Shown in pieces: positions 7,590 to 17,284 of a DNA stretch of 64,000 nucleotides. The DNA comes from a virus. The translations under genes and the position numbers were made by a program. Numbering within the stretch: position 1 is the first letter of the stretch; every line of letters starts with the position of its first letter. The stretch is taken from IMG/VR virus record IMGVR_UViG_3300037042_006682, positions 64,001 through 128,000 of that record. One strand, written 5' to 3'. Under the pieces are notes generated by a model. That model searched no databases, was not told the DNA's origin, and saw only the letters and a list, made by a program, of their open reading frames with translations.

Positions 7590-8737
7590 CGCCCATCCTC
7601 GCCCACGGGGAGGCCCCACGCGCGCGCCTCCTCCCGCGTCGCCGTGCCGGGGTCCCGGCCCTCCGGCAGCACCACGGGGACCACGCGCGTCCCCGTGCCC
7701 TGGAAGCGCCCCACGACCTCCGCGTTCATGCGCTGCCCCGCGAGGTCCCCGTCCCCGCACGCGTAGAGGGGCTGATCCCCCGCGAGCTGCGCCGCGAGGG
7801 CGAGCTGCGCCTCCGTGATGGCCGCCCCGAGGCACGCCATCGGCGCCCGCACCCCCACCTCGGCCAGCGCGATGGCGTCCGTCGGGCCCTCCACGAGCAC
7901 CACGGACTCCCCCGCCTGATGGAGGTGCGCCCCGTAGAGGAGCTGGCCCTTGGGCATGCCGGCCGTGTGGTAGTACTTCGTGTACCACGCCCCGCACTGC
8001 GGGCACTTGTGCGCCCGCTTGCCCTCGGCGTCCACCAGCGTGCGCCCACAGCGGTAGCACCACTCCCGATCCCAGTAGAGCCGCGCCGTGAACCCCGCCA
8101 GCCGCCCATCGGGCCAACGCACGGGGAACACGAGGCGCCGCCGCCGCTCGTCGTGCCCGAGGCCCCAGCGCCGATAGGTCGCCTCCGAGATCCCGCGCTC
8201 GCTGGCATAGGCCGGCATGGATGCCGCAGCAAAGGCCTCCGCCTCGGCCTCGGGCGGGGGCACATAAGGGCGGGCCTCGCGTGGGGGCGCGGCCTCCCGC
8301 CCATCGAGCCCGAGCTGCCGCCGGGGCATCACCCCCACGTCAATTACGCGCGCCATGCCCTTTAGAGGGCCCCCAGGGTTGTAATCAAGCACGCGCGGGG
8401 GCGGCGCCATCGGCGGGCTCAGATCCTGCGCCTCGTTGAGCGCCGCCAGGTAGTAGCGCCCCCGCCGCACGCCCAGCTCCCAGACCAGCCCCACGAGCGA
8501 TCCGTGCGCCCCGCAGGACAGACAACGATAGGCCGCCCCCTCGCTGTCGACGAAGACCGCGCACGAGGGGTGCTCATCGCGCCCCCCACGATGGTGCCAC
8601 TCCGCCAGGGGGCACGCGAGGTCAATTTTGTCCCCCCGCACCCGCTGCTCCTGAAGCCCCAACGCGTGCAGCACCGCCAGCGCCCGGCGATGACTCCACG
8701 TGCCCCAGTGCCGCCTGGGCAACGCATGATCGTCCAT
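7586..8737 (-). CDS. DNA primase (Zn-binding domain + TOPRIM)
   Basis: CP..H...D..PS...YRCLSCG; VLVEGPTDA; CGDGDLAG; extra CxxC...CxxC ribbon. Confidence 0.9.
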   Translation of the reverse strand: MDDHALPRRHWGTWSHRRALAVLHALGLQEQRVRGDKIDLACPLAEWHHRGGRDEHPSCAVFVDSEGAAYRCLSCGAHGSLVGLVWELGVRRGRYYLAALNEAQDLSPPMAPPPRVLDYNPGGPLKGMARVIDVGVMPRRQLGLDGREAAPPREARPYVPPPEAEAEAFAAASMPAYASERGISEATYRRWGLGHDERRRRLVFPVRWPDGRLAGFTARLYWDREWCYRCGRTLVDAEGKRAHKCPQCGAWYTKYYHTAGMPKGQLLYGAHLHQAGESVVLVEGPTDAIALAEVGVRAPMACLGAAITEAQLALAAQLAGDQPLYACGDGDLAGQRMNAEVVGRFQGTGTRVVPVVLPEGRDPGTATREEARAWGLPVGEDGR

Positions 8738-8744
8738 GGGGCCC

Positions 8745-8960
8745 CTAGTTCAGCGGCACACTGGTATCGTTGCACGCGTCGATCACGAAATCCCGGATCT
8801 CCTCCAGCACGGATCCCTCTGCCTCCGTGGTCTCGCCCTTGAGCCGCCGGCGCAAGTGCGCCAGCAACTCATCAATGACGGCACGCAAGGCATCCCCGTG
8901 CAACGCATTGTCCAACGCCTGCCGGTCCTCCGGCAACGCAAACCCAATGGTGACGCGCAT
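8745..8960 (-). CDS. hypothetical protein
   Basis: GGAGG RBS; fills the gap between helicase and primase. Confidence 0.7.
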   Translation of the reverse strand: MRVTIGFALPEDRQALDNALHGDALRAVIDELLAHLRRRLKGETTEAEGSVLEEIRDFVIDACNDTSVPLN

Positions 8961-8969
8961 CTTGCCTCC

Positions 8970-10274
8970 CTAGAATGGTAAATCGAGGTCGTCCTGCACG
9001 GACGCCGCGGGCAGCGCCGCAACCGGCCCAGGCTTGAAGCCCTCGTCGTTGTAATCAACCTTGCCCGCCCGCGTAATCTCGGTGAAGTTACAGGACGTGA
9101 AATCCCAATTGATCTCCACGGGCCCCTCGCTGTAACCGCGGCGAAACTTCAACGGCACATACCGCATGCGCCGGTCCAACTTCATGTCCGCGTCCTGCTC
9201 CATCGCGAACACCGCGTGGGCGTCCATGCCCACCTGGTCGGAGAAGGCGATCGTCCCGAGGCGCGTGCCGCCGCCCAGCTTCGCGCTGACCTCCTGATTG
9301 CGGTTCTGCTGGCTGAACGCCACAAGCGCGAACTGGTGCCGCTTGGCCATATTGAGCGACCACTCCAGCACACGCTCCGTGCGCTCGAAACGATTGCCCG
9401 GCACCTTGAGGTTGTACAGCGTGTCCAGCAGCACTAACTCGGGGTGAACCGCCCGGATGCGCGTCTCAATGCTCCGCGGCGAGAGATCGTCCTCCTGATC
9501 CATGATCCAGATGCCGTTCACCCCCTCGAGGTCGACGACTACATGCTTGAGGCGCTGCAACTCGAACTCGGTCAGGGTACCCCGTATAAGGCCCGTCTGA
9601 CTCACATGTGCATGCACCGCAAAAAAGCGCTCCGCCACCTCCAGGCGGCTCATCTCCGGCGAGATGATCAGCACCCGGCGCCCCGCCTCTTTCCACGCGT
9701 GCTGCGCAATAAGCACCAAACTAATCGACTTTCCGAGTCCGGGTCGCCCCACGAACATCGTCAACGTCCCCGGCCACATGCCCTGGGTCATGACCGTCAT
9801 GCTCGGCCACGGATAGGGCACCCCCACATACCCCTGGAGCATGCGCTCGTAGGCCGCCACCACCGCGGGCCCCGCCGCAAACAGCGTCTTGGGCGGCGCC
9901 TGCTCCTGCACCGCGCTGCTCTCCACGAGCGCCTGAAGGTTGGTCAGAGCGCCGCTGGGGTCGTTGCCCCGCATGGCCCCCATCGCGTTCTCCAGGCCCT
10001 CGCGCAACTGACGGAAGAGCTTGCGGCTCCGCACCTCTGCCAGCACGTAGCCAGGATCCGTACCGGGATCCTCGGGCGTGACCCCACAGAGGTCGACCAC
10101 AGCCGTAGCCCCCGGCACCCCCCCATAGTCGCGCACGTGATCCGCAATAAACCCGAAGGCCCGCCGCGCCTCGGGCAGATCACAATCCATCGGCCCGATG
10201 CCCGCCCCCACGATCCGGTCATAGTGGTCGCGCGAGACCAAGAGGGCCCACAGCAAGTTGCGATCGAGATCCAT
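8970..10274 (-). CDS. dnaB: replicative DnaB-like helicase
   Basis: GRPGLGKS Walker A, SPEM, LLDTL, SQQNR, SDQVGMDAH motifs. Confidence 0.9.
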   Translation of the reverse strand: MDLDRNLLWALLVSRDHYDRIVGAGIGPMDCDLPEARRAFGFIADHVRDYGGVPGATAVVDLCGVTPEDPGTDPGYVLAEVRSRKLFRQLREGLENAMGAMRGNDPSGALTNLQALVESSAVQEQAPPKTLFAAGPAVVAAYERMLQGYVGVPYPWPSMTVMTQGMWPGTLTMFVGRPGLGKSISLVLIAQHAWKEAGRRVLIISPEMSRLEVAERFFAVHAHVSQTGLIRGTLTEFELQRLKHVVVDLEGVNGIWIMDQEDDLSPRSIETRIRAVHPELVLLDTLYNLKVPGNRFERTERVLEWSLNMAKRHQFALVAFSQQNRNQEVSAKLGGGTRLGTIAFSDQVGMDAHAVFAMEQDADMKLDRRMRYVPLKFRRGYSEGPVEINWDFTSCNFTEITRAGKVDYNDEGFKPGPVAALPAASVQDDLDLPF

Positions 10275-10285
10275 GTGCGCCCCCC

Positions 10286-12301
10286 TTACCTCGGCTTATC
10301 GCCAGTGAAGATCAGCTCTACCACGTCATCGAGCGCGCCCTCGCGGAGGTCGGCCCCTACCATCGCGATCGATACCGAGGTCTCGCTCAACATGTGGATC
10401 GTGCTAGTCTTGAGATACTCCTCCAGCTGGCTTAATTCCCCCCGCCGCCGGGGGATCGCGCTCATATTCGTCGTGATCAGCGTCGTACGGCAGTAGGCGC
10501 CCCGGAAGCGCAGCAGATCGTCTAGCAGGCGCTCCTCGGCCCCCTCCTTGTCGCGCACCCCCTTCCCGAGGTCGTCGAGCACGAGCACGTCCACGTCGAG
10601 GATGCGCTCCCAGAGGAGCTTCTCCCCCTCAAAGCCCTTACTCCCGAACTTGATGTCCTTGAGGGCCGCGGCCTCGATGAACAGCCCCGTGTTCCCGCGC
10701 CGGCGCGCCTCCTTGAGGGCGATCACGGCCGCTGAAGTATTGTGACTAATGACGCCGCTTGACCAAAAAAGATGATCCTTGGGAACTACAAAATCATAAA
10801 CGTCTTGTTTTTTAGATTGCACTACGCTCTTAACCTTAAAATACCTAACAGAAGACATCGAAAGCGACTGTAGCGAAGCAAGATCCTTGTTCCCTGGCAC
10901 TATATCAATCAATGAATCCACAACCCTCTTTAGAACAGATACAGAAATCACTCCTCGCTTAGCTGACGAACTAAAAAGACCGTATAGTTTTTCACCCCAA
11001 AAATACCTTAATCCACGCTTTTCAATCCTTGCAATGGCAAAGCCAGCATCTATTAGTATTCTGTCAATTGTATCCTTTTTTACAGGTACAACAGTCATAC
11101 ACACATTGCTGCTTCTGACTTTATCTGCTGCAACACGCAACAGTTCAACTTTGTCCTTTGTTATATCAGAAAACCCTATGTTCTCCTCAAATGCAACTAA
11201 TGCCTCCCCTGAAATATACAGTCTCCAATACTCACGCTTGATACGCGCCCCATTCGTCGCCATTTTCATACATGGTTTTATTGTTGAATTCACACCAAAC
11301 GCCATTAGTACAATTTGCAGATCCCTAACAAGCCTCTGCGACTTGCTGGTGTACTCGACAACACACCCACAAATCGAGCCATCCCCTGAAAAAAGCGAAC
11401 GCATAAAGCTACGCAAAACACTAGACGGAGAAGACAGTAATGAATCACAGATACAAACACTCTCGCTTGTGCCGCATCCCAATGCAGTCATAAACACATT
11501 CAATTTTTTTCCACCACGTATACTCGTATCAATACATCCGCTCTCTTGAACCACATCATGTCCACGACAAAAACCAAGGCTCTCCATAACGCTAACAACG
11601 TGCTCTGTGGCAAGACTGTTAGAATTTGAAAATACATTCTTACAATTTACCACACGACCCTCAGCTATGAACCATCCGAGCATAGACGCCACGTCACAAT
11701 CAATAACGACATCTCGGTCGCCAATGGTAATGCGCATTGGATCGCCATCGCTGACAACGCAACGAGCATCAACAGCAACAAAATCATCCTCACAAAGATC
11801 TCCCATGCGCACCATGGCATCACCACTATCCCGCCATACACGCACACGGTGTTCCTCTGTCGCCGTGACACACAATCCATTGGACAGTTCCATGCAAAGT
11901 GTAGGCTGTATGCCATCCGCATAAACCTGCGTTGCCACAGCATAATGCCCATCCCCCGCATACACAGGCATTTCCACGGGAGAACACGCCAAAATTGGAC
12001 TCGCCAACGATCCAATCCTATGCAACCGCCCATTGGCTACCACGATCTCTCTATCCGAAAGGCACTTCCCCGTGCCGTTCTTCCCGTGCAGCACGAGGCC
12101 CACGCCGCGCGCCAGCATGTCGTCCAGCGCCACGAGGTAGTTGTACAGCTCCATCTTGTGCAGCCCCGCGCTCACCCCGTCGAAGTGCGCGTCGCGATAG
12201 CGCAAGGGGATCCGCATCCGCTCCATGTCCTTGAGGTTCAGCTGCCGGCGCATCCCACTGCGCGCCTCGGCCACCTGCTCCAGGTCCTGCTCGTCAGTCA
12301 T
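10286..12301 (-). CDS. DnaC/IstB-like helicase loader ATPase with intein
   Basis: RIPLRY...F, GLVLHGKNGTGK|T, VLVLDDLG, TLITTN. Confidence 0.88.
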   Translation of the reverse strand: MTDEQDLEQVAEARSGMRRQLNLKDMERMRIPLRYRDAHFDGVSAGLHKMELYNYLVALDDMLARGVGLVLHGKNGTGKCLSDREIVVANGRLHRIGSLASPILACSPVEMPVYAGDGHYAVATQVYADGIQPTLCMELSNGLCVTATEEHRVRVWRDSGDAMVRMGDLCEDDFVAVDARCVVSDGDPMRITIGDRDVVIDCDVASMLGWFIAEGRVVNCKNVFSNSNSLATEHVVSVMESLGFCRGHDVVQESGCIDTSIRGGKKLNVFMTALGCGTSESVCICDSLLSSPSSVLRSFMRSLFSGDGSICGCVVEYTSKSQRLVRDLQIVLMAFGVNSTIKPCMKMATNGARIKREYWRLYISGEALVAFEENIGFSDITKDKVELLRVAADKVRSSNVCMTVVPVKKDTIDRILIDAGFAIARIEKRGLRYFWGEKLYGLFSSSAKRGVISVSVLKRVVDSLIDIVPGNKDLASLQSLSMSSVRYFKVKSVVQSKKQDVYDFVVPKDHLFWSSGVISHNTSAAVIALKEARRRGNTGLFIEAAALKDIKFGSKGFEGEKLLWERILDVDVLVLDDLGKGVRDKEGAEERLLDDLLRFRGAYCRTTLITTNMSAIPRRRGELSQLEEYLKTSTIHMLSETSVSIAMVGADLREGALDDVVELIFTGDKPR
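10739..12064 (-). mobile_element. intein 3 (442 aa) with LAGLIDADG endonuclease, in Walker A
   Basis: CLS start, TEEH block B, LGWFIAEG and RSLFSGDG, VYDFVV, ISHN|T; low GC. Confidence 0.92.
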
Positions 12302-12887
12302 GGCGTCCACCGCCCTCCGGGCCGTCCCACTCGTCAAAGTTCTTCTTGCGCTCGCGCGCCTCGTCCTTCGCCGCCCCCTTGCGCGGCGCCCGCAGCGCGG
12401 GGACCTCGCCCCGCAACTGCCAGGCGTCGAAGACGCGCCCCCGCGCAGCATACAGCATATCGATCGTGGGGGGATCCCCCTTGGCCGCGCGGGCCATGGT
12501 CGCCTCGACCACAGCGCGCACGAGGTCCCAGCCGTACTCCTGCACGAGCAGCTTGGCCCAGCGCTTCTGCACGACGGTCCAGGCCGGGGGCTGGTAGTCC
12601 TTCCCGTAGCGCTCCTGCATGGCCCCCCGCCATACGCGCGCTACGTCGCCCGCGTTGCGGGCCCGCGCCGCTGCCGCTGTGGCATCCGCCGCCGCGGTCT
12701 CCACCTGCGCCGCCGTCATGGACTCCGCCCCCTCGAGGGCCCGCGGGGCCCGCCCCTCGGGGCGCTGCGCCCGCATCACCGCCTTCAGGGCCCGTGCCGC
12801 GAGCGACCGCGCCTGCGCCTCAGCCGAGATCGCCTGCAGTTCCGCGAGCCCCGGCCGCCGCCGCGTTGTCGTTGGATTCTGTGTCAT
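12294..12887 (-). CDS. hypothetical, possible replication initiator partner of the loader
   Basis: directly upstream of and overlapping the DnaC-like gene; position only. Confidence 0.55.
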   Translation of the reverse strand: MTQNPTTTRRRPGLAELQAISAEAQARSLAARALKAVMRAQRPEGRAPRALEGAESMTAAQVETAAADATAAAARARNAGDVARVWRGAMQERYGKDYQPPAWTVVQKRWAKLLVQEYGWDLVRAVVEATMARAAKGDPPTIDMLYAARGRVFDAWQLRGEVPALRAPRKGAAKDEARERKKNFDEWDGPEGGGRHD

Positions 12888-13200
12888 CGTCAGCCCTCAA
12901 CTGTTCGCCGCGGTGATCCACCGCGGCCCTGCTCTCAACTATGACAAACTGCGGGGCCTCGACCGTGAGGACCCGCCCGCTCTCCAGCCGCACCGCGAGC
13001 CGCGCCCACCGCGCGCGCCCCCCGTGCAGCCGCATCCGCCCGTCGATCCGGGCCGTGAACTCCTGCGCCTCCGCCGCGCGCATCGCCTCCACGCAGTCGC
13101 GCCACGTCTCCACGGCCTCGACCACGCCCTCCTCGGGGTGGAGGTCATCCCCGACGATCCGCGCGCGATCCCCGAGGTACGCGGGGCGCGTGGCCCTCAC
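12820..13200 (-). CDS. hypothetical protein
   Basis: GTGA overlap start; plausible composition. Confidence 0.5.
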   Translation of the reverse strand: MRATRPAYLGDRARIVGDDLHPEEGVVEAVETWRDCVEAMRAAEAQEFTARIDGRMRLHGGRARWARLAVRLESGRVLTVEAPQFVIVESRAAVDHRGEQLRADDDTESNDNAAAAGARGTAGDLG

Positions 13201-13616
13201 AGCGGCACCAGGCGCGCCCACAGGCCGGGGCACACGCGGTCCACGGCCCGCGGCGGCACGCTCTCCGCGCCCAGCCACGCGGGGGCCCGCAGCTCCCGCG
13301 CATCCCACGCCCAGCCATCGATCCGCAGCACGCGCCGGCGCACCACGTTGCGCGAGATCCGGTGCAGGGAAGCCACGCCGTCCGCGCACGCCACGCTGGC
13401 CTTCAGGCGCTCCTGCCAGGGCATCCCAAACCGCCCCGGCGCGATCTCGACGGCGATCCCCGGCGCGACGAGCCCCCGCCGCACCGCGCGGTCCTCGGCG
13501 AGGACCATCGCCCCCGTCGCCAGGCCCATGGCGCGCAGCACGTCGCCGTCAAGCGCCGCAAAGGCCCCGCGCCGCGCCACCGCCGCCTGGGGCCGCCTGG
13601 CCAACGCGTGCATCAC
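13197..13616 (-). CDS. hypothetical protein
   Basis: tight overlaps with both neighbours. Confidence 0.55.
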   Translation of the reverse strand: MMHALARRPQAAVARRGAFAALDGDVLRAMGLATGAMVLAEDRAVRRGLVAPGIAVEIAPGRFGMPWQERLKASVACADGVASLHRISRNVVRRRVLRIDGWAWDARELRAPAWLGAESVPPRAVDRVCPGLWARLVPL

Positions 13617-13978
13617 GCCCCGCGCCTCGCCACCCCGCCCGCGCTGCGGCGGCTCTTGTTCTCACTCTCCGTGATGTAATCGAGGTCCATGTGGACCCCC
13701 GCCTTGCCCTGGAAGGCCGCCACAAACGACCGCAGCGAGCAGATGAGGTGCGCGTTGCGCCCCACCACCTGCCCCACGTCATCGGGGTGCGTGTGCAGCT
13801 CCGCGATGAGCCGGCTCGCGCCGGGCACCACGTCCACGACCACCCGCTCGGGGTGGTTGACAATGGTCCTCACGACCACCTCGATCAGCCCCCGCAGCTC
13901 CTCGATCACGCCCTGCGGGATGCGTGCCCGCCGGTCCTCGGCCTGCTGTTCCGCCTGCTGTCCTTGCATCTCTGCCAC
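13613..13978 (-). CDS. KhpA/YlqC-like single KH-domain RNA-binding protein
   Basis: LIEVVVRTIVNHPERVVV...ELHTHPDDVGQVVGRNAHLICSLR. Confidence 0.8.
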   Translation of the reverse strand: MAEMQGQQAEQQAEDRRARIPQGVIEELRGLIEVVVRTIVNHPERVVVDVVPGASRLIAELHTHPDDVGQVVGRNAHLICSLRSFVAAFQGKAGVHMDLDYITESENKSRRSAGGVARRGA

Positions 13979-13990
13979 CGTTCCGCCGGG

Positions 13991-14302
13991 CTAGAAGCCC
14001 AGCTCGCTGTCGGCGCGCTCGCGCGCGGCCACCCGCTCATCCACATCCCGCTTGGTTAGCCCTGCCCGCCGGCGCCCGTTCGTGCATCGCGCGCGCTCCC
14101 GCGCCTCGCGCAACTCCCGCAGCTTGCCCCCGTAGGTCCGCGCCTGGCGCTGGATCCACGAGCCGTCCGCCGCTACGAGTCCCACGCCCGCCCGCAGCCC
14201 CTCGCGAAGGGCCAGCAGCCGTTGACGCACTTGTGGGTTGATCTTGATGCACAGCAGCTCATCCAACAGCATCACCGCATCGTCGTAGCCGTCCACGTTC
14301 AA
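13991..14302 (-). CDS. hypothetical protein
   Basis: ORF with GAGG upstream. Confidence 0.6.
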   Translation of the reverse strand: MNVDGYDDAVMLLDELLCIKINPQVRQRLLALREGLRAGVGLVAADGSWIQRQARTYGGKLRELREARERARCTNGRRRAGLTKRDVDERVAARERADSELGF

Positions 14303-14352
14303 CCTCGCAACACGGGCACATCGGCCGTGCCCCAGCTTACCCGCGCAACCGC

Positions 14353-14973
14353 CTACCGCGCAAGATCGGGGGTTGCCCCAATCGCAAACGCCCCCAGCGC
14401 CCGTGGGCCCTCCCAGCGCACGGGATGGACCTTATCGAGCACCCGCATGGTCGCCTCCAGGCCCCCCGCCCGGTAGGTCGCGCCCCGCAGCGCGAGCCCC
14501 CCGAGGTCTGCCGTGATCGGCGGCACCCAGGGGCCCACCAGATCGTAGGTGGCCTCCGCGACCACCCAGGCCCCCTCCTCCAGGGGAGCGAACCACCCCG
14601 GCACGTCCGCAGCGCGCTCCCCCCAGCCCCCCACGACCAGCCCAACGGCATGCCGCATGAGGCCGAAGGCCAGCCACTCAAAGCGCTCCAGCGGGGCCAG
14701 CGCCCGCGCCGCCGTCAGCGGCAGGGGGATCTGCCCCAGCAGCGCCCACTCCGGCATCGTCCGCAGCTCCATGGGGCGCCCCCGCGCCACCTCCTGGCCG
14801 TCCGGCCCCAGGTGGACCCAGGTCGAGCCCTCCCACACGATCCGATCCTGCACCTCCAGCGTGAGCCCCGTGGGGCCCCGCATCGCCCGCACCCACAGGC
14901 CGTCCGGGCTGCGCCCCCAGTGCACGCTCGGCGGCGCCATGCTCGGCCCGCTCACGCGCCAATGCGGCCTCAT
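14353..14973 (-). CDS. hypothetical protein (start uncertain)
   Basis: Trp-rich ORF overlapping the 3' part of 14678-15256. Confidence 0.5.
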   Translation of the reverse strand: MRPHWRVSGPSMAPPSVHWGRSPDGLWVRAMRGPTGLTLEVQDRIVWEGSTWVHLGPDGQEVARGRPMELRTMPEWALLGQIPLPLTAARALAPLERFEWLAFGLMRHAVGLVVGGWGERAADVPGWFAPLEEGAWVVAEATYDLVGPWVPPITADLGGLALRGATYRAGGLEATMRVLDKVHPVRWEGPRALGAFAIGATPDLAR

Positions 14974-15256
14974 AGCTCGCCTCGGAGATCAATAGGGCCT
15001 CGTGCACATAGGCCACGCACCCGTTTAGCTCGATGGGCACGATGTCCTTGTTGCGGGCATCCCGCTTGGCCGCGTAGCGCATCCGCGCGCGCACCTCGGC
15101 CGTGTGCTCGGCCAGCCGCACCCGCGATCCTGCTGGCAACGTGTAGAACCCCGACGGCCCCACATAGCCCGCGCGCTCCGCCATGTAGCGCGGGACGTGC
15201 CAGGTAGAGGCTCGCCGCGTGCACACCCACGTCCCCGCATCGCGCGGATCTGCCAC
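14678..15256 (-). CDS. hypothetical protein (C-terminus uncertain)
   Basis: N-terminal ~110 aa look coding. Confidence 0.45.
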   Translation of the reverse strand: MADPRDAGTWVCTRRASTWHVPRYMAERAGYVGPSGFYTLPAGSRVRLAEHTAEVRARMRYAAKRDARNKDIVPIELNGCVAYVHEALLISEASYEAALARERAEHGAAERALGAQPGRPVGAGDAGPHGAHAGGAGSDRVGGLDLGPPGAGRPGGGAGAPHGAADDAGVGAAGADPPAADGGAGAGPAGAL

Positions 15257-15259
15257 GGA

Positions 15260-15949
15260 TCATCCCTTTGCCAACTCAGCGCGCATCGCCGCCAACTCGG
15301 CTGCCGCCTCCTCCTCAGCCAGAGCCTCCACCGCCCCCACGGCTTCAGAAGGCACCTCGGGAACCACCTCGGGCGCGGGCAGCCCCAAGGCATCCGCCGC
15401 GCTCGGCGTGAGCCCCCCCTCGGGGCGGGCCGCGGCCTCCGCCGCCAGCTCCTCCGGCGTGAGCCGGTGCACCACGAGGTTCCCCTCGGCATCGCGCTCG
15501 TCGGGCCGCACCCGCACGTTCTGCGGGACGAAGCCCAGTGGGAACTTCACCCCCCGCGGGAAGACCCAGAGGTGGCGCTCCGTGAGGCCCTCCATCACGC
15601 GGTCCGCCGCCGGATACAGCTCGATCGCCTCGGTGTCCTCGCCCAACAGCTCGGCCTTCGCGCGCTGCGCCTCGTCCCACGTGAGGTCCAAGTGGTCCTT
15701 CGTGCCCACCATGGCCAGGTGCGTAAGCATGAGGGGCTCCCCGTTGGGATCCTTGAACATCACCGACGGCAGGGAGTGCGCGAGCACCATGCAGCGATCG
15801 TTGCGCCACACGCGCTCCACGAGCACCCCGAGGTTCTCCCGCGCCACCGCGGGGTCCAGCTCCTCCCACGCGCCCCAGACCTCGCGCGTGAGGGCCTGCC
15901 CGTTCGCCCCCACGAGCGTCAACTTGCGATTAACCGTCCTGCGTCCCAT
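15260..15949 (-). CDS. conserved phage protein (DUF7694-like)
   Basis: TWDEAQRAKAELLGEDTEAIELYP...RHLW pattern; acidic tail. Confidence 0.6.
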   Translation of the reverse strand: MGRRTVNRKLTLVGANGQALTREVWGAWEELDPAVARENLGVLVERVWRNDRCMVLAHSLPSVMFKDPNGEPLMLTHLAMVGTKDHLDLTWDEAQRAKAELLGEDTEAIELYPAADRVMEGLTERHLWVFPRGVKFPLGFVPQNVRVRPDERDAEGNLVVHRLTPEELAAEAAARPEGGLTPSAADALGLPAPEVVPEVPSEAVGAVEALAEEEAAAELAAMRAELAKG

Positions 15950-16352
15950 TGCTCTCAGCTTTCCCGGCCCGCTGGCCGCTGGCCATCACCGCCGCGATCC
16001 ACTGCGGATCGCACAGCTCATCCACCTCGATCGTCTGCATCCGGCCATCATCTAGCGCCAACTCGGCGGCCACCGCCGCCGCCGCCCGATCAGCATCGTA
16101 CTGCCGCGCGATCACGCGCAGCGCCGCCTGGTAGTGCCCCAGCAGCGCCCGTGCGATCTGCTCCACCCCGACCATGCGCTCCCGCGCGTACCGCAGGTTG
16201 TGGATGATCTCGTAGAGCCCCCGGATGTCGGGCTGGTCGAGCCCCAAGAGCCGCGCCTGCGCGAGGCTCAGGCACTCCGCGATCTCGCTCTCGCGCGTCG
16301 CGCGGTACCCTTCTGGCGTCTGCCGCATGGCGTCCGCCTGCGTGTCAGTCAT
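15930..16352 (-). CDS. hypothetical protein
   Basis: GGAGG RBS; promoter and palindrome upstream. Confidence 0.7.
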   Translation of the reverse strand: MTDTQADAMRQTPEGYRATRESEIAECLSLAQARLLGLDQPDIRGLYEIIHNLRYARERMVGVEQIARALLGHYQAALRVIARQYDADRAAAAVAAELALDDGRMQTIEVDELCDPQWIAAVMASGQRAGKAESNGTQDG

Positions 16353-16365
16353 GGAGGACCTCCGT

Positions 16366-16383
16366 TGCGCATGCGCATGCGCA
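16366..16383. promoter_or_regulatory. 18-bp RY palindrome TGCGCATGCGCATGCGCA
   Basis: between TTGACAAAC (-35 at 16431-16436) and the RBS. Confidence 0.6.
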
Positions 16384-16445
16384 GCTCAGAGATTAGGGGC
16401 GCCGTCGTTATTCCATGGCCGCCGGTGGTTTGTCAACCGGAAAGA

Positions 16446-17036
16446 TCACCCCGCGTCAAGAGCAAACGGAGCCCGGCGATCAACGGTCCATCGCGCCCAC
16501 GCCTGGGTGGTCTCCTCGGCCGCCGGATCGCGATCGTGATGCCAGCAGTGGTAGATCCCGCGGTACCGCTTGCCGCGCCGGGGATCCGCCTGCGGGCGGT
16601 GGCAGCCCGACACCTCGCACGTGGGCCGCGCCAGGTAGTGATCCAGGCAGATCGGCCCCACATCCGTGAGGCGCACCTCGACGTCCGCCTCGCAGTCGTC
16701 GCACTGGCAGAGGATGTCGGTCCCCTCGCTGCGCACCCAGTCGATCAGCCGCCGGTCCACGCCGCGCGGGTAGCGCCCCTCGACATCATCGGCAGGCGCA
16801 ACCGGGCGCAGGGGCACGGGCGGGGCCGTCTCAAGGCCAATAGTCGTCTGCGGCACCGCGCGGAGGAGGTGCCGTAAAACCGCGATCGTCGCTGGGGGGA
16901 GGCTCGGCACTGTAGGGGGAAGGGGCTGCGGAGGGGCGGGCTTCGTTTTCGGCGTATCTGAGCCAGGGCTGGTCGAAGTCGCGATCGTTGTACATCGGCG
17001 TGGACCTCCATGCAGTGGCTTGTGAGCGGCTCCCAT
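16446..17036 (-). CDS. Pro-rich, Cys/His Zn-binding hypothetical protein
   Basis: GGAGG RBS; CDDC, CLDH, CEVSGC, CWHH. Confidence 0.55.
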   Translation of the reverse strand: MGAAHKPLHGGPRRCTTIATSTSPGSDTPKTKPAPPQPLPPTVPSLPPATIAVLRHLLRAVPQTTIGLETAPPVPLRPVAPADDVEGRYPRGVDRRLIDWVRSEGTDILCQCDDCEADVEVRLTDVGPICLDHYLARPTCEVSGCHRPQADPRRGKRYRGIYHCWHHDRDPAAEETTQAWARWTVDRRAPFALDAG

Positions 17037-17284
17037 TGTGCCTCCCTTGTTAACGACGCGCAACAAACGCGCGATCGCTCGCGGCCATACGACTCAAGGG
17101 CCCCCGCTCACGCAGTGCTACGCAGCACCGCCCTCTTACGCCACCATTCCTACCCATTGCGAAGGGGACCTAACGCTGAACATACCTCCAGCGCTACCAC
17201 CGCCTCCCCTCGCTCGTCAATAGCGACGGTTACAGCCACATCGTTTTTTTATTGTCAAACTGGATCGATGACGGTCACGAGCAC

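Noticed and set aside
14678-14973. ~300-nt same-strand overlap as a programmed frameshift
   Set aside because: No clear slippery site; explained by uncertain starts and stop-poor GC-rich frames.
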